From Adineta vaga (taxonomy: Eukaryota; Animalia; Rotifera): a stretch of DNA of 64,000 nucleotides. Numbering within the stretch: the first letter of the stretch is position 1; each line of letters starts with the position of its first letter. The stretch covers positions 20,274,001-20,338,000 of the forward strand of contig CP075492.1 in the NCBI GenBank assembly GCA_021613535.1. The letters are read 5' to 3'. The notes below the pieces were generated by a model. The model saw only the letters and a list, made by a program, of their open reading frames with translations. It had not been told where the DNA came from and made no database searches. The translations under genes and the position numbers were made by a program. Shown one piece after another: positions 1 to 12,893 of the stretch.

Positions 1-287
1 ATCTACCTTTTTTTCTTCCTTTATGAATATAACATCATCATCTACCTTTTTTTCTTCTTTTTCAATTATAGACGACTGACTTTTCTGTCCACAATACATA
101 CAACATTGAACGTTTTGTGGCAGAACAAACTGTGGTCCCAGAAATAAAACTGGAAGCATCATAGCTGGAATTGGAATTAGGATAGCAACTGGCGTATTCA
201 TCTACAATTAAAATATGTTAAGAGATGAAAAAAATATTTGAATAATATTACATGTTGGTCATTATTAAATGCAGTATTAGATGCCAT
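1..287 (-). CDS. Small two-exon gene (MASNTAFNNDQH|MNTPVAILIPIP...CCMYCG...EKEEKKVDDDVIFIKEEKKVD), runs off window start
   Basis: ATG at 287; 50-nt GT-AG intron at 202-251 keeps frame; TATA-like gtataaaaa at ~412-420; not in the ORF track because it is split. Confidence 0.55.
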
Positions 288-740
288 TATGAAAGTTCGA
301 TTTGATGAATGAGGAAGAACTTTTTTTGTTTAGTTGATTCGAGAGAATAAGCACGTTGAGGTGATGTGAGAAAGTTGATCAAATGAAATGATGAATGCGT
401 TGAGCAAGCTCTTTTTATACTCGAAAATGAACTATGAGTCACTGTTAGGATACAGGTTATTTATCGTTCTATGGACATTTCCATATTCTCTTCTTTCGTT
501 CTTTCCCTTCTATGTATATGACGTTTGACATATGTATAGCTGGGACTTCTCCTATAGTTCTTAGTATGTTGGTTTTTTCCCTTTGATCGAAATATATATA
601 TGTCTAGCTCTCAGGAGAGAGTGCAGAGGAGAGCAAGTGACATTCTAAGTGTCACCCTTGTTAGCGATGATTCATGACTGTCAACGACTATGGCATAGAT
701 GCAAGGGGGAAACAGCGGACTTTAAGCCCAAAAGTGTAAA

Positions 741-830
741 AGTAGTTCACAGTACCTGAAAGTAGTTGAAAGTACCTCAAAGTACGCTCAAGTACCTTAA
801 AATACGACAAAGTATACCGAAATACATTAA
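741..830. repeat. Nine degenerate 10-bp tandem units (AGTAcctnAA), probable transposon subterminal array
   Basis: agtagttcac agtacctgaa agtagttgaa agtacctcaa agtacgctca agtaccttaa aatacgacaa agtataccga aatacattaa. Confidence 0.7.
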
Positions 831-996
831 AACCTTTGTATTTGCGTTAAAGTGTTGTTAATCTAAAAAGAGATCAAAAGAATAGTGTAAGAAATCATAG
901 AAATAATGAAGTTGTAAGATAGAGACGGGCTTATTGTTCAACGACACGGTTAATAAATGATTAGTTAAACACAAAAATAGGTATGTATTATGTTTG

Positions 997-1647
997 TTAA
1001 TTATTCTCGGTCATTTGTTGTTTAACACGAGACAAACGATCACTGGATAACTTTGACGAATTATTAGATATGAACCAGCACGCGGTTTGTTTGTGTAGAT
1101 ATTTGATGTTTCCATTGATTTTAACTTTGAAATAAGATTGTCTCGATGCTGCATTGCAAGCATCAAGTATTCGTACACCATCGAATTCTGATTTCGTTGA
1201 ATTTAACGAATCCTACTCATCTTCACTGAGAGAATCATTATCAGACCCAATCTGACTTTCATCAGCAACTTCATCTTCAGTAAGATTTTTATTATCATCA
1301 TCTTCATTTTCTTCATCTAATCCAAATTCTTCATTAATATCAACTTCTATCGGCGAAGAATAATTAATCATTTTAGAATTTTTCTTTAATGTATCAAAAA
1401 TATATTGACTTAAACTATTAGTATTATCAAGATTAAATTTGCTTAATAAATCTAACATTCTTGATTGTTTCACGAGCCTTATTGATTCATCAAATGCATC
1501 TAATATTGTTTGTTCGATATCTAATGTATCAATTTCATCTAATTGAGAAAACGATGTGGACAAATAATTTTCATCTTTACGTTTGTGTTTGTGATGTAAT
1601 GGAAAAGATAACTCTTGTTTTGATGAATTGTATTTGGGCGTGACCAA
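997..1647 (-). pseudogene. C-terminal remnant of a probable DNA-transposon protein
   Basis: ORF 1213-1647 continues in frame past a TAG at 1213 into ...KYLHKQTACWFISNNSSKLSSDRLSRVK to a stop at 997; lies next to the 10-bp array; family not established. Confidence 0.4.
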
Positions 1648-1969
1648 CTGTTAGGATACCCCAATACTCATTCATTCATGTAGGTTCAACTATCTATCAG
1701 AAAAACGTGATTTTTCTATCACTTATACCATTTGTCGAATGCTATTGATCTGTAACTATTCGAGACACAGATATTGGTAAAAATGAGGATTACTAAGGAC
1801 ATCCTTATGATTATATGGTAAACATGCCTCACCTCGTATTTGTTAACGTACACCATTCTTCACTAGATATTTGTGACAACATTAGAAAGCGATAGGTTTC
1901 ATTATTAAGTAATTAATCAGAAAATACAAGTTATGATTGTATTCATCTACGAATAGGATGTTTTATTAA

Positions 1970-2955
1970 CACATTCACCACGATTCGTTTTTCTCGAAAG
2001 AAAGTGTTCAAAATATCTATACCTGTCAGTTGGTAACTTCTAATAAATGCACGAAGTGACCTTTTCACTATCCTCTATGGGTTATTCATCATTCTCCTCT
2101 TCGTATAACCACATGCCATGAGTCAGAGGCTTTGACTCAGAGCGAAAATTTTGGTTTTTTCCTACTTATTTTGTATCTGTGATTTTGCCTATAAAAGCAG
2201 CCGAACTTTTCGAGTTATTTACATGTCGTTCGAAGAAACCGATACAGACAAGAGTGCTGGTTCACTTAGTGACCTAAGTTTGTTGAATGATGATCTGGAT
2301 AGAATGCACGTTGATATTGAAAGCTCCGTCGAAGAAGTAACTTCTGCTTCGGAAGATCATATGGTCAACCCTCTCGATTGTTATCGACATTTCATCACGG
2401 ACGAAATTATCGATCTTATGGTTCGTGAGACTAATCGATATGCAGAACAATACTTACGAGCCCATCAGATTAGCAGACGGTCCAAATATCGTCAATGGAT
2501 ACCAACCACTCGTGAAGAAATATTCAAGTACTTTGAGATTATTATTGAGATGGGTTTAGTGCCAATGCCGCAGCTGAATCACTACTGGAGCAGTAGTCAG
2601 TTGTACGGATTAGAGATTATTCGAAAGACTATGTCGAGAGAGAGAGAGAGATTCGAACTACTCCTCAACTTTTGGCATTTTTCGAACAACAATAAGGAGA
2701 ACTCAAATGAGGACAGGCTGATCAAGTTGAAACCACTCTCGGATCTACTGAAAGAGAGATTTTCATCAGTATATATGCCTGGCTCAGTCATTAGTATTGA
2801 CGAAACAATGATACCATGGCGAGACAGACTTTTATTCAGGCAATATATACCTGGTAAAGCGCACAAGTATGGTATAAAGATGTACAAATTATCGGCTACC
2901 AACGGATACACTTGGAATTATGTAATCTATACTAGTGAGCAAGATTCAACGGCAG
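1970..2955 (+). mobile_element. piggyBac (PGBD4-like) transposon, 3'-truncated by a telomeric tract
   Basis: TTAA at 1966-1969; translation has ETNRYA, SIDETMIPW, QYIPGKAHKYGIKMYKL, GYTWNYVIY, then runs straight into (TGTGGG)n. Confidence 0.85.
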
Positions 2956-3171
2956 GTGGGTGTGGGTGGGTGTGGGTGTGGGTGTGGGTGTGTGTGTGTG
3001 TGTGGGTGGGTGTGGGTGTGGGTGTGGGTGTGGGTGTGGGGTGTGGGTGGGTGTGTGGGTGTGGGTGGGGGGGGGGGGGGGTGTGGGTGTGGGTGTGGGT
3101 GTGGGGTGGGTGGGTGTGGGTGGGTGTGAGGGTGTGGGTGTGGGTGGGTGTGGGTGTGGGTGTGGGTGTGG
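2956..3171 (+). repeat. Interstitial telomeric tract (TGTGGG)n with variants
   Basis: ~215 bp of TGTGGG/TGGG/TGAGGG; matches bdelloid telomere repeats. Confidence 0.95.
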
Positions 3172-3177
3172 TCTAGC

Positions 3178-3222
3178 AGCCATGACGCGTTTCGATCCCG
3201 CTACAGATCTCATCAGATGGCT
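3178..3222 (-). ncRNA. Type I hammerhead ribozyme, copy 1
   Basis: agccat CTGATGA gatc-tgtagcgg-gatc GAAA cgcg TC atggct: intact core, minimal palindromic stem III. Confidence 0.92.
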
Positions 3223-3393
3223 TCTCAGTCAAAAAAGATCAAAACTAGATTATTTTCAACTTAAAAAGTCAAAAACAACTTAGTTCAATCATTTTCGAAC
3301 GAAATACACTGTTATAAGTTAATTTAAATGATCAGAAATCATAGAAACCAACTTATAATGGTACTTTTCTGCTTGAGCAGTGTGTGTTCTAGC

Positions 3394-3438
3394 AGCCATG
3401 ACGCGTTTCGATCCCGCTACAGATCTCATCAGATGGCT
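3394..3438 (-). ncRNA. Type I hammerhead ribozyme, copy 2
   Basis: Identical to copy 1. Confidence 0.92.
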
Positions 3439-3609
3439 TCTCAGTCAAAAAAGATCAAAACTAGATTATTTTCAACTTAAAAAGTCAAAAACAACTTAGT
3501 TCAATCATTTTCGAACGAAATACACTGTTATAAGTTAATTTAAATGATCAGAAATCATAGAAACCAACTTATAATGGTACTTTTCTGCTTGAGCAGTGTG
3601 TGTTCTAGC

Positions 3610-3654
3610 AGCCATGACGCGTTTCGATCCCGCTACAGATCTCATCAGATGGCT
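3610..3654 (-). ncRNA. Type I hammerhead ribozyme, copy 3
   Basis: Identical to copy 1. Confidence 0.92.
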
Positions 3655-4436
3655 TCTCAGTCAAAAAAGATCAAAACTAGATTATTTTCAACTTAAAAAG
3701 TCAAAAACAACTTAGTTCAATCTTTCTTATAGTAAGTTCAATGTTAGCATTGCTATGAAGTAGGAAGAATTGTATACGTTTGATTAAATTTGAGGGTAGT
3801 TTTTGAATTGATTGATGCTGTTCTATGGTTTAGTCGATTTATTGCTGAGAATATTGATGAATGCTGACATGTGAACCGTTGGTGTTGGTTTCGATTTGTT
3901 TTATTCATTTTGCTTGAAATATTTGATGTAATTTGATGATGCATGATTGTAAAGGATTTATTGAATGGTACTTTTATGTGCTTTACGACACTAGCTTATT
4001 TTTTTTGTAAGCTGCAGTGCTATATCGTTGATCTTCATTGATTCTCGATTAAAGACTAGCATCCTATGAAAATTTGTTATATTGAAAATGTAGGGTGAAT
4101 CGTTATATACTGTTTTGTTTGTAGATTTGGTCGTCTCGATAGTGGTAGGGCACATTAGAAATCGATATATTCTTATAATCCTAAGATTTCGCATGAGTTT
4201 TAATGTTGGTATATCGAGAATTCAAATCAGTGTGCAATTTTTGTTTATAATGTTTTTTATGCATTCTATAGATATTAGTCACGTATAAACCGAAGAGGAT
4301 TTCTTATCATTGTACAGAAAGAAGAAACAGAACATTTGTTCTGGAAAAAATACCAAAGGAAAGAAATAAAAGAGAGAGAAGGAATATAAAGTCGAAGAGG
4401 CAGAGAATCTTTTTTTTCTTCATTCATAATAATAAA

Positions 4437-4919
4437 ATGCCTAAAGTAAGTCGACGTTCTCATCGATGTGGATTTAATCGTGCTGCTCCAAACGGAAGTA
4501 GTGGTGATGGTGCTCGTGGTGAAGCACCGATCAATGCTCAATACAAGAAGGTTCGTATTGAGCATAACAAGTTGGTGATCTTGTACGAACATCGTAAAGA
4601 CGATGATGGTCATGCAAGCTTTACTCGTTTACACATTAGTAGACGTGGAGCACTTGGTCCACCACCACCGCGACCACCACGAGCATCAGTAACAACTGCT
4701 GGAAATAATCAACAGCAGAATGGACATCAGGCAACAACCGTGGTCATTAACAATGATCATGGTGGTATAACACTCGATGTTTCATCGAGAAAAACGAACA
4801 TAATTCGTTGGACATCACTATCACGAATGGTGGTAGTTAATTTTTTTGTTTTTTTTCTGTTCTTTGTTCGTTATGCTTGTGCGCGTGGTAGTGCCGCTTA
4901 TCATTTTTGTATTAGTTAG
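4437..4919 (+). CDS. Antisense ORF inside the Terminon; basic and Pro-rich protein of unknown function
   Basis: GC-richer coding-like composition, TATA at ~4384, AAAATG start, AATAAA at ~5019. Confidence 0.55.
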   Translation: MPKVSRRSHRCGFNRAAPNGSSGDGARGEAPINAQYKKVRIEHNKLVILYEHRKDDDGHASFTRLHISRRGALGPPPPRPPRASVTTAGNNQQQNGHQATTVVINNDHGGITLDVSSRKTNIIRWTSLSRMVVVNFFVFFLFFVRYACARGSAAYHFCIS

Positions 4920-5802
4920 TTTTTTTTGCAACACGTGCATGTGCTTTGTCTTCATTGAAGAATGAAGACATTCTAATTTTGTTTTGTTTTTTTCTTGTTT
5001 GATTTATTTTAATCCAGCAATAAATATGTTTCTTTCTTCAATATAAATTCTTATTATTTTCAATATCATTGAATCATATAAATGAATAGATGTTAATCAT
5101 ACCTTTTTGGCAGACTTGATAATAATAATTGAGATTGTATTTTGATTATCATAATGAAAGAATAAGATACATATTGTTTTTGGATATAGACAATATGATT
5201 CTCATCTAAAAGAAAGGAGAAAATATTTCATTTTCTTTACAATACAAAATATATTACTCTTGATAATTGATTGTGGGCCTCAATTATAATGAATCAAATT
5301 GATTGTCGACTTTTTAGATTTGCTTATATTGTGTTCGAACTACTGTTAAAGAATAAAACAATGAAAATAACAATTTATCATAATAGAAACTATTTACTCA
5401 ATAATTTTGAACATTACTTTTTGATTGGAATATTCTTTGAAAGATGGTTCAGAATCGTAAAAATGGATTTCGAATGAATTAAAACTAAGTTAAAATGAAA
5501 ATGACACTGTAACATAATCTATTTTTAAGACAAATTCCATAAAAAATAATTAAATTCATTGAAAAATTCAATTTAATTATGTTTTAATCGAATTTAGATG
5601 ATATTTTGCTGCATAATATATAGTATATTGAAGTAGTTTGTATTGTTGATCTAGAATAGAATAAAGAAATATATATTAGATTATATTTTCGAAATCAAAA
5701 ACGCCATAAGAAATGATCTATTAGCAAGAGAAACATAGAAATACTATTTCCATTGCATGAATAAATAGGATTAAATGAGAAAAGCATTAGTAATTTGTTC
5801 TA

Positions 5803-8800
5803 TCAATGTTTAGTTGATGAAAATTTCAAACGTTTGATTTTCATCTGTTTGTTCAATAGCATATATTGTTTTGGACGTTTATGAATCAACTCTTGCTTAC
5901 CATCTCGACGATTTCGATTGCCAACAACCATTCTAACTGCCATTGCCGGTGTATTCTGGAATACGTTTCGGTATAATTGATGCATATCTCTTTTGAACGA
6001 AGGAAATCGTTTTTCATGTGTATAATGAATAAAGAAGCGATCTTGCAAATGCATTACATTTTCACGCTTTGTAACTGTTGAATCATCTGGTTGTTCATCA
6101 TTTGCATCAGCTGAAGCTATACTTTTGGTCACTTGTGTTTGACGAATCGTGGGTTGAGCCAACATTTTCTGACGTAATAGGCAAAGTTGTGTCGTATCTG
6201 TGATAAGTGACGAAAAAGAGTTGATATTGATATATTCGAGCATATATTTATAGAATTTATCATTAATAAATGATGAAGAATAACTAAAATAGATTTTTCT
6301 GATGTAATTTCATTGATTTTGTTCTAATAAGGAACGAAATGCTTACCCATTATACAATAACATGAGTTTTATTTCTTTTTGTTCACAATGAAATGCCTCC
6401 AATGTTGATGAATATCGAATAGCTCGTGCCAAGGCAGTTTGGATAACGTTTTGGTATACATATGGATGATGATCGGATGTAAATGGTACCACATATGGTT
6501 CTGCACTTGGTTTATGATAAACTGATGTTAAAAGAACACCATCACTATTTGTTAGAACTATATCTAGAAATGGAAGACTTTGACTAATTTTATAATCTAA
6601 TTTAATATTTGGATGCCATTGATTTGCTTCATCTAATAGTTTTCTTAACTGTTGTTCAGATTTATTCCATGTCATGAAAACATCATCAATATATCTATAA
6701 GAATTATAATTAATGTTTCTATATTCTATGATAGATATATGTACCTGCCAAAGAATTCACTAGTAATATCTTGATAACGAACCAATTCCTTCTGCCATTT
6801 CCACATAAATATATTAGCTAATGTTAAAGTAAATGAAGAACCCATTGCACCACCTGTAGTTTGTTTATAGATTTTATGGCCATAGATAAAAGCATTTTCT
6901 TTAATTACTATTGAGGCCAACTTTCGAATGGTATCAAGTGCAATTCCTTTCACTTTTCGATAACCATGGACATAAAGAAATTCTACCAGAGTATTCAATG
7001 CTTCTTCCTGTGGTAACATAGTATATAAATTATGAATATCAAATGTACAGAATAAAGTTGATGGTTTAAACATGCTGGTTCTAATATATCTATTGATTCG
7101 TTTGATTAAATGGGCACCATCAATAATAGTAGTTGTATAACAATGTTTATCAAATATTGGACGAATAATCTTATCGAGAAAATTTGATATTTTTGTTGTT
7201 GGAGCACGAATTGTATTTTCAATCGGTCGAACTGGTATATTATTCTAAATACAAAAGATATAATTATTCCGAGATAGCTATTACTACACCTTATGTGTTT
7301 TAGGATTGAAATATAAATGAGCTAATTCACATTTGGTTCGATTAGGCATCATTTGTTCATATTGCCATTTTAAAACGAGTTTTTTTGAATAAAAAGTGTT
7401 AAGTAATTGAATAACTTTATTTAAAATTTCATTGAATGGATTCTCTGTTAATTCTATGAAGGCATTTGTATCAGAAAAGAACTTTTGACCTTTCTTTTCA
7501 AATTCACTTGCTAAACCAATATAGAAATTATGACCTTTATCAGTAAGACGTATAACAAGATGATTTTGTTGAATCTTCTTTCGGATAGATGCAACAGTTT
7601 GTGCTTGTTTATGTGCTTCGATACGATCTTTATATGGTATAGATGAAAAATAACATTGTTGAAGATAATCAAGAAGTTGATCAGAATATTCTTGAAAAAT
7701 AGACACTGTTCTTGGTATACGACAAAGTTTGACTAGATAATCTTGAACTTTAGTAAAAATATCGTTATGTTCATTTTTAATTATAGTTTCTTGTTGTTTT
7801 CGAGAACAAAGTGCACTTTGATTTAGTCGAATAAATGATGGACCTATAACAATTTGATTAATTCTAGTCAATGTCAAATCTCACTGAATGCAACAAATCT
7901 TACCTAGTTTTAGATAATTCCATTCACGTGTTGTAAATGGATTCGACATTAAATCGAGATAGGGTTCAGGTGAAACACCAATCCTATTCTTTGCTACAGA
8001 TGAACGTTGACGATTACGACGCAGTTTTCTTCGATATAATGTCATTCTATTCAAAATATCTTGTTTTAATTGACTGGTACGATACGTCATATACCGGTTA
8101 ATATCATTCACAATATTACCATTTGCTGTATATGTAACAGTTGATGCGACTGATGTTAATTCTTCTAATATTTGTTGATATTGACAATCATATTCTTGTA
8201 ATTTAACTTCATAGCTGGTTAAAAATAGATGTAACCATTGACGTTTTGCTTCCTGAATGATTTGTAATCGTTCATTTTTCAATCGAATATTTCTTTGTTC
8301 ATTATTCATGGTTATAGGCATAATAGGTGAAATAAAATTTTCCAAATGATCAAAATTGGGTGGTAAAAATTGACAGATGATTCGCATTTCTAGCATTAAT
8401 TGTTCTTCCCATACTTCTACTTGTCGTTGTCTTATTGTAATTAATTGATCTAGGATAACAGCAACTGGAGAATGAACAATTATAGTTTCATATAAGTTTT
8501 TCTGTTCCATATCAACCTTAAATTTAATCATTTGATTTTGATTTCTTTTCGATAAATATTTTCGTTCGAAATCAACATATTCTTTTAAACAACGATCAAT
8601 TCGATCAAAGGATATTGGCAGAATTGGACATAAGGTAGATTGTTCATATAATTTAATAGCATACTGTTCCATCATGCTTTTTAAGTGTGCTATATAATTG
8701 ATAAGATACTCTTGGCATATAACAAAATCGTTACTTTTTGCTATCAGATACAATTGTTTCTTTTTGTTTAAATATAAAAGAAAGAAAAATAATAAGAAAT

Positions 8801-9506
8801 TATCATGAATCAAATGCGTAACTTACTGGCCATTGATGTTGTTCACGTCCAATATTTAAATATAATTCCCATAATTCTATATCAGCTTTCAAACAATAAT
8901 ACCGATCCAATAGATCTAAGCGTCGATGAATAAATATTTGTAGATCTTTTTGTTTTACAGAATAATTTAACTTTTTGCTTAACATTTGAAAAAGTATTAT
9001 AGGTGACCGTTTCAGATACATTGGTCTTCTATAAATAGAAATAAGTATATATGTTATGAATAAATAATAAATAAATATATAAATATAAACCGATATTTCA
9101 TATTGATCGAAGGAATATTCTCCCTGATCATATGCATTTCTGCTGTGGATTTCTTATTGTCTATTTTCTTCTTTGTTGATTGAGCAACTGACGATGAACT
9201 AGTTGATTTTGATATTGCTGAAACCGAAGTTATTTCTTGTAATGATATATCTCGTTTCCTTTTATTTAAATTTGTTGGTATTGTTGTTATGGTATCAAAA
9301 ACAATACCATTCATAATATCTTGGATATAATCATTCATGCGATTATTTTGACTATTGATTTGTCTTCGTTCATTGATTAATTTTTCAATTCTAGATGATT
9401 TCATTCCACGTTTACGACATTTTCTTCGAAAGCATTGATTTTTTCGATTACCATGACATTTCTTTCGTCGTCGTCGTCGTCGTCGTCGTTCATTAGTAGT
9501 ATCCAT
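5803..9506 (-). CDS. Athena reverse transcriptase with intact catalytic motifs; multi-exon; Arg-rich and coiled-coil N-terminus
   Basis: TDKG, LYFNPKTHK, FDIHNLYT, GGAMGS, GR|YIDD across intron 6695-6744, FLD, YHKP; ORF pieces 9054, 8803, 7881, 7284, 6726, 6343 and 5803 are separated by short GT-AG introns. Confidence 0.9.
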
Positions 9507-9659
9507 TTGTAGACTTTTGTTAGTATGGTTTAATAAATCTGAAATAAATGAAAAATCGATAAAATTTTGTTTAGAATAGAAATATGAATATATGAATGAT
9601 AGAATAGTTTGAAAGAAGAAACAAATTAGAAATGTTTTTGTATAATCAATCTCATCGTT

Positions 9660-10928
9660 TTACATATAGTTGAATTGGTTGCTGAAGATGAATTCATGTT
9701 TTAGTTTGTGGTTCAGGATAAAGTTGGCATATTTGACCATGTGTAATCGACGAGCTTCAATTGCTTTTAATGCAGCTTTATTATGTTTAATTTCGGATCT
9801 AGTAGGATCTTCCTTTGGTGAACCTATGTCTTGCTGATATTGAATTGTTTCTGCTAATTTGCTCTTCTGTTTATGATTTTCTTCGATTTCTTTGAAGATA
9901 ATATCTCTTTTGAGAGTTTGCAATCGGTTCATTTCGTCTGAGATAACGTCACTAGCTATTTCATTGACTGTTACATCATCTTGTGTACGTTTTATAAAGT
10001 AATCGATGTCATTTAATGTACGATGGATCGAATTAGGTGACAAACATGGTTGTAATGAATTAAGACGATATTGCAACAAAGCCGTTTCTCCTGCTATTTT
10101 CACTTGTGTAATTGTCATATCCCAAATACGTTCAGCTGCACGGGTCTAAAATCAAATTAAATACATAGAGACATGAAATACAATAAAGTTTATAGAGAAA
10201 TGTCTTACATATGTACTTTGTCGTTTTATCTTGAGAAACTGTTGAAGTAATTCATGATCGGTAACATCCAACTTTAAGCAGGCCTGTTTGAATTCAAATT
10301 CATCTCGTAATATTTTTTGTTTTTCTTCAACAAATGTAAGAATAGTAATGAAAATTCTGTATCTGTAATAATCTACGTCGTTGTCACCTTCATAATCCGG
10401 AAACTTTGCATATTCGAAATCATCAATTGCATTTCTAGCCTTTTCTTCATAGTATTGGATTCGTGCGAGATATTTTTCAATAGCTGCTTTAGATCGACCA
10501 TATGTTTGACAAATTGAGTACTTCTTTGCCAGATATTTTGTTACTTGACCATTCCAAATATTTTCCATTTTACCAAGATGATAATAATATTCCCAATGTT
10601 TTCTTTGTAGTTTCAAAAAAGAAAAGTGATCCAGTAATTTTGTATATTGACGAATACATTTTATTTTCTCGTCTTCATATACACGCCAATCAGTAGATTC
10701 ATGTTTATCAAAAGCATCGAATATTAAGTCCAAGAATACTGAATCAGGTATTGAATCATAGTTATAGAAGTAGTCCATGATTATCGAAGGTATTGACGTA
10801 GAATCATTTGATTTGCTTTTCTTTTTCTTTGTTTTGTTGACTAATGTTGATGAATCGACGATAATTTCACTTACATATGACGAAGTCGACTCGTGATCAT
10901 CTTGAAACGAAGCGTCGTTTATATCCAT
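9660..10928 (-). CDS. Terminon coiled-coil ORF (2 exons)
   Basis: ORFs 10152-10955 and 9660-10118 joined by a ~60-nt intron; homologous to 52802-54092 (WeYyY.LG..E.IW.G.V.K, TYGRS). Confidence 0.75.
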
Positions 10929-11007
10929 TTGTAATGATAATAAGAATGAGAACAATTTTCAAGTTTATCTGAAATAGATGGAAAAATTTTTAAAGAAAAA
11001 GTAATTC

Positions 11008-12421
11008 CTAAGAAATAGTTGAACGTTGAACTAAAGTTTGTTGTATTTTATATTTATAGATACATTGTAGCCGTTCACTTATTATTTGACAACGTTTATC
11101 GATTAGTTCAACTATGGTTTGACATACGTTTTGATTACTATCACTTGAATGATAGTTAGACCACATAGTTCTCACTAGATCATTATATTTCTTTGTATAT
11201 TCTTCTTTTTCCTCTTCCATTGATCTCATATAAACCTGGAATAATTTTGTTTGTGATTGCAAAGCAATTTCTTTGTATCGATTTGAAAGATATTCTCGTT
11301 TGTCAACATTTTGAATAGAATTAATTAACTTTGATTGAGCTATGGGCGATTTTTCAAATGATTGACTTGGTGAATTGTAATAGATGATTTGTTGGTCCAC
11401 TAAATGATATTCTTGTTCTATAAATTCTTGTGCATATTTCGTTTGACATAATTCTTTCATGAGTAGAACCTAGAATGTAATATAGATTGTAATAACAAAA
11501 TGATTTTGAAGAGTAGTAATTTACTCGCCTGGTATTCATTTGGATTATGTCGAAAGTATTCCAATTTCAATGCTCGAATTTGATAATCGTAATGGAGAAG
11601 TTCAATTTGATGTTCGATATCACTACGAAAGGTTTGTAGATTCTTTTCAATATATACTTCAATCAAATTTTGGATTGTAAAGGAATAACCAGGATAATGA
11701 TTGGCTTTTGTGTTCATTGCACATTGATATGCTTTCAATTGACAATCCAGTTTATGTATGTGTTTATTAACAAAATTATATTGAACTCTTTTTGCTTCAG
11801 TTTTATCTATATTTTTCAATGGTACCATTGATTTGACTTGTGTTGGCCACATTGAGAAATTCATAGCACAGATAGATTCTGTTTGTTGTATCTGAGGAAA
11901 AAGTTGTCCTGTACCAGATTTAAACCAAGATGTCCAGAGATAATGATATGTTTGAATGACCATTATTTTGTAAATTAGGATAATAATTTCGATTAATTTG
12001 TCTTTATCATTACTTGGAATCATTTGGATAGTTGTCGATTGTATTTGATTGAGTAGTTGTTGAAAAGGTGTATGCTGTTCCATTAAATATCTGGGGATTT
12101 CATTTATTTTAGTCTTCTGATCTGCTATTGAGAATTTTTTGTGAGCAGTTGTTAAATGCATTGACATTTGTTTAATTGGCTAAAAATAGAGAGATATGTA
12201 TGTTTTTTAAATCATGAAATGTGTTCAAATAGAGTGACCTGCACTTGTTCTATCTGCTTTTCTGTTGTAGTAGAAGTTTTAATATTCCATGGAAGATCAA
12301 TTGCCATTTTTTCGAATACCATCATCGTATTGCATTCATCCATATTTGCAACAGTACTTGCCATTGCAGTACGATGTGCCAATAAAGGTGATCCAGTGAG
12401 GGTACGATTGGGTTTCTCCAT
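11008..12421 (-). CDS. Terminon coiled-coil ORF (3 exons)
   Basis: ORFs 12212, 11457 and 11008 linked by short introns; W...SGTG and WP motifs shared with 19556-20545. Confidence 0.75.
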
Positions 12422-12893
12422 AATCTTGAGGTTAAATTATTAATCGAGGAAAAAGAATACAAATCTAAAGACTAAACAAAGATCAAATAAAAGGCTTAGA
12501 TTAGTTTGTGTTCATGTAAACGTTTTCTATTTAGTTTAATCAATACTAAAAGAAGATTTGATTGCATATATGCGGTTTTGTGAACTTCTACTACTTCTGG
12601 ATTATACTTTGTATCATTTAAGATATGGTAAGAATTCATTGTAGGAACTGATCACTTGAATCACCTAGAAATAAAATAACCAATTTCAAACTCTCACAGA
12701 ATTGAAGTATTTGATATAATGATGTTTGTTTGTTTGTTTGTTGAGTAGAAATAGAATATTATCTGGAATAAATGACAAAAAGTATTATAAGGAGTAAAAT
12801 AAACTTCTGAATTAGAATATAAACTGATATGATTAATTATAACATATTAAGAGAAAAAAAATGAAATAGAATATAATTAGCAATATTGAATGA

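Larger units (their letters stand above)
3172..3722 (-). repeat. 2.5 tandem copies of a 216-bp pLTR unit, each with a hammerhead ribozyme
   Basis: Identical units start at 3172, 3388 and 3604. Confidence 0.95.

Noticed and set aside
2932-3283. PH/GV/GC-repeat ORFs (also 52151-52411)
   Set aside because: Translations of telomeric repeats
3172-3722. CRISPR-like array
   Set aside because: Whole 216-bp units are identical with no unique spacers; eukaryotic pLTR repeats
3753-4194. Possible GDSL esterase or other Terminon cargo remnant
   Set aside because: Short ORFs with no recognisable motif
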